In this document: positions 63,090 to 64,000 of the stretch, piece after piece | Layout: each line of letters opens with the position of its first letter | How positions within the stretch are numbered: position 1 is the first letter of the stretch | Assembly: GCA_002104945.1 (NCBI GenBank) | Contig: MCFH01000004.1 | Location: forward strand, 744,001 to 808,000 | DNA length: 64,000 nt | Reading direction: 5' to 3' | Source of the DNA: Piromyces finnis finn | Taxonomy: Eukaryota; Fungi; Neocallimastigomycota | Program-made: the position numbers and the translations under genes | Notes under the pieces: generated by a model | Told to the model about the DNA's origin: nothing | The model's database searches: none | The model's input: the letters and a program-made list of their open reading frames with translations, nothing else

Positions 63090-64000
63090 AAGTTGCATAA
63101 AAGTTCAATGAACTCTGCAATTTGTACTGTGTGGGATTGGTCCCTACCTAATAAATTAAATGAAATAAAAAAAAAAAGAAGTAACATCAGGTATGATAGT
63201 GTGGTGTCCACTAAACTCTCCCATGAGCTCATATTGTTTTCATTCGAAGAAATACTAACATTGAACCCTGTGTACGGAACATTAGGAATGTTCATTTGCC
63301 ATATCGGTACGACGTCGGCGCTCTTGATTACGTTAGGTGTCTTACTAAACCTATCAAAAAGTAGCCTCATAGAGCTACTAATGATAGGGATTGTTTTAGT
63401 AAGAAAAGCCGCGAGACCCTCTACATATGGAACATGAGACCCCGATGAACTGTAAAGTTGTTCATTCAAATGCCTTTGTTCCGCCTTATCGATTTGTAGC
63501 TCATCATAAGCTAAAGTTCCACCAAGAAAGAACGTAAAAATATAGTTATAAATTGTTTTTCTTACTTCCATTTCAGAGAGAAAGTATGTGATGAATTGAT
63601 TCTTATATTTATTGTAAAAAAGGGTAAAAAGATCATCAAGAAAGCTAAGTGAAGAAGCTCTGTATTCAGAGAATGCAGAACATTCTAATATCCAATGGTA
63701 CAAAGATTGTTCGTCATATCCGCAACATGGACAGACATGAGGGCAGTCAGGTGTAACTCTATTACTGGCAATAGTAATTCGGGTAGTACTTTCATAACCG
63801 CATCGAATACGAATAATCCAGGTAATTCCTAAATTTAAGTGTGGTTTGTTGAGACTGATAGGCATTAGGCGATTTGAATTAAGGAATTTGTTGTTAGTAT
63901 ATCTGATGGCTTTACTTCCATTATTTAGGCTACTATTATTCCAATAATATTCTCTAATATCTTTAGTACTTTTAATATTTATTTTCATAAGCCTCTTATG
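63090..64000 (-). mobile_element. 3' part of a non-LTR (LINE-like) retrotransposon ORF2, open to the window edge
   Basis: The frame is open past position 64000. RIRCGY followed by CPCC-x8-H-x4-C (CX2CX8HX4C zinc knuckle) is typical of LINE ORF2 C-termini. A 3' stem-loop GAGTTCA-T-TGAACTT is followed by AT-rich simple sequence. Confidence 0.8.

Overview
Extremely AT-rich, intron-dense eukaryotic DNA with GT-AG introns, TACTAAC branch sites, (AAT)n tracts and poly-Asn proteins. The best fit is an anaerobic gut fungus (Neocallimastigomycota). This is an inference from composition, intron density and fungal markers such as RCY1. I reconstructed 14 protein-coding genes by hand from exons: RRP14/SURF6, a secreted histidine-phosphatase-fold protein, an F-box/ankyrin protein, MCM5, a DDHD phospholipase A1, a cyclin E-like cyclin, RCY1, a long coiled-coil protein, a CCHCR1-like Asn-rich protein, a Whi3/RBPMS-type RRM protein, RABL3, TAN1/THUMPD1, a CMTR1-like protein and RPL10. 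The non-genic GC islands are the most interesting part. At 21.8-22.4 kb there is a ~585-bp element with a decayed but perfectly spaced tRNA-Ala(AGC) cloverleaf head, a structured 3' end, an A-rich tail and a 7-bp flanking duplication, which makes it a candidate tRNA-derived SINE. At 62.2-64 kb there is a nest of non-LTR retrotransposon 3' ends. Their ORF end is interrupted by a GT-AG intron-like segment whose removal creates the stop codon. Several proteins look like pseudo-enzymes: the His-phosphatase, the CMTR1-like protein, RABL3 (switch II) and the cyclin (CDK-contact residues). All family assignments come from recalled motifs and not from database searches. Exon boundaries were read manually.
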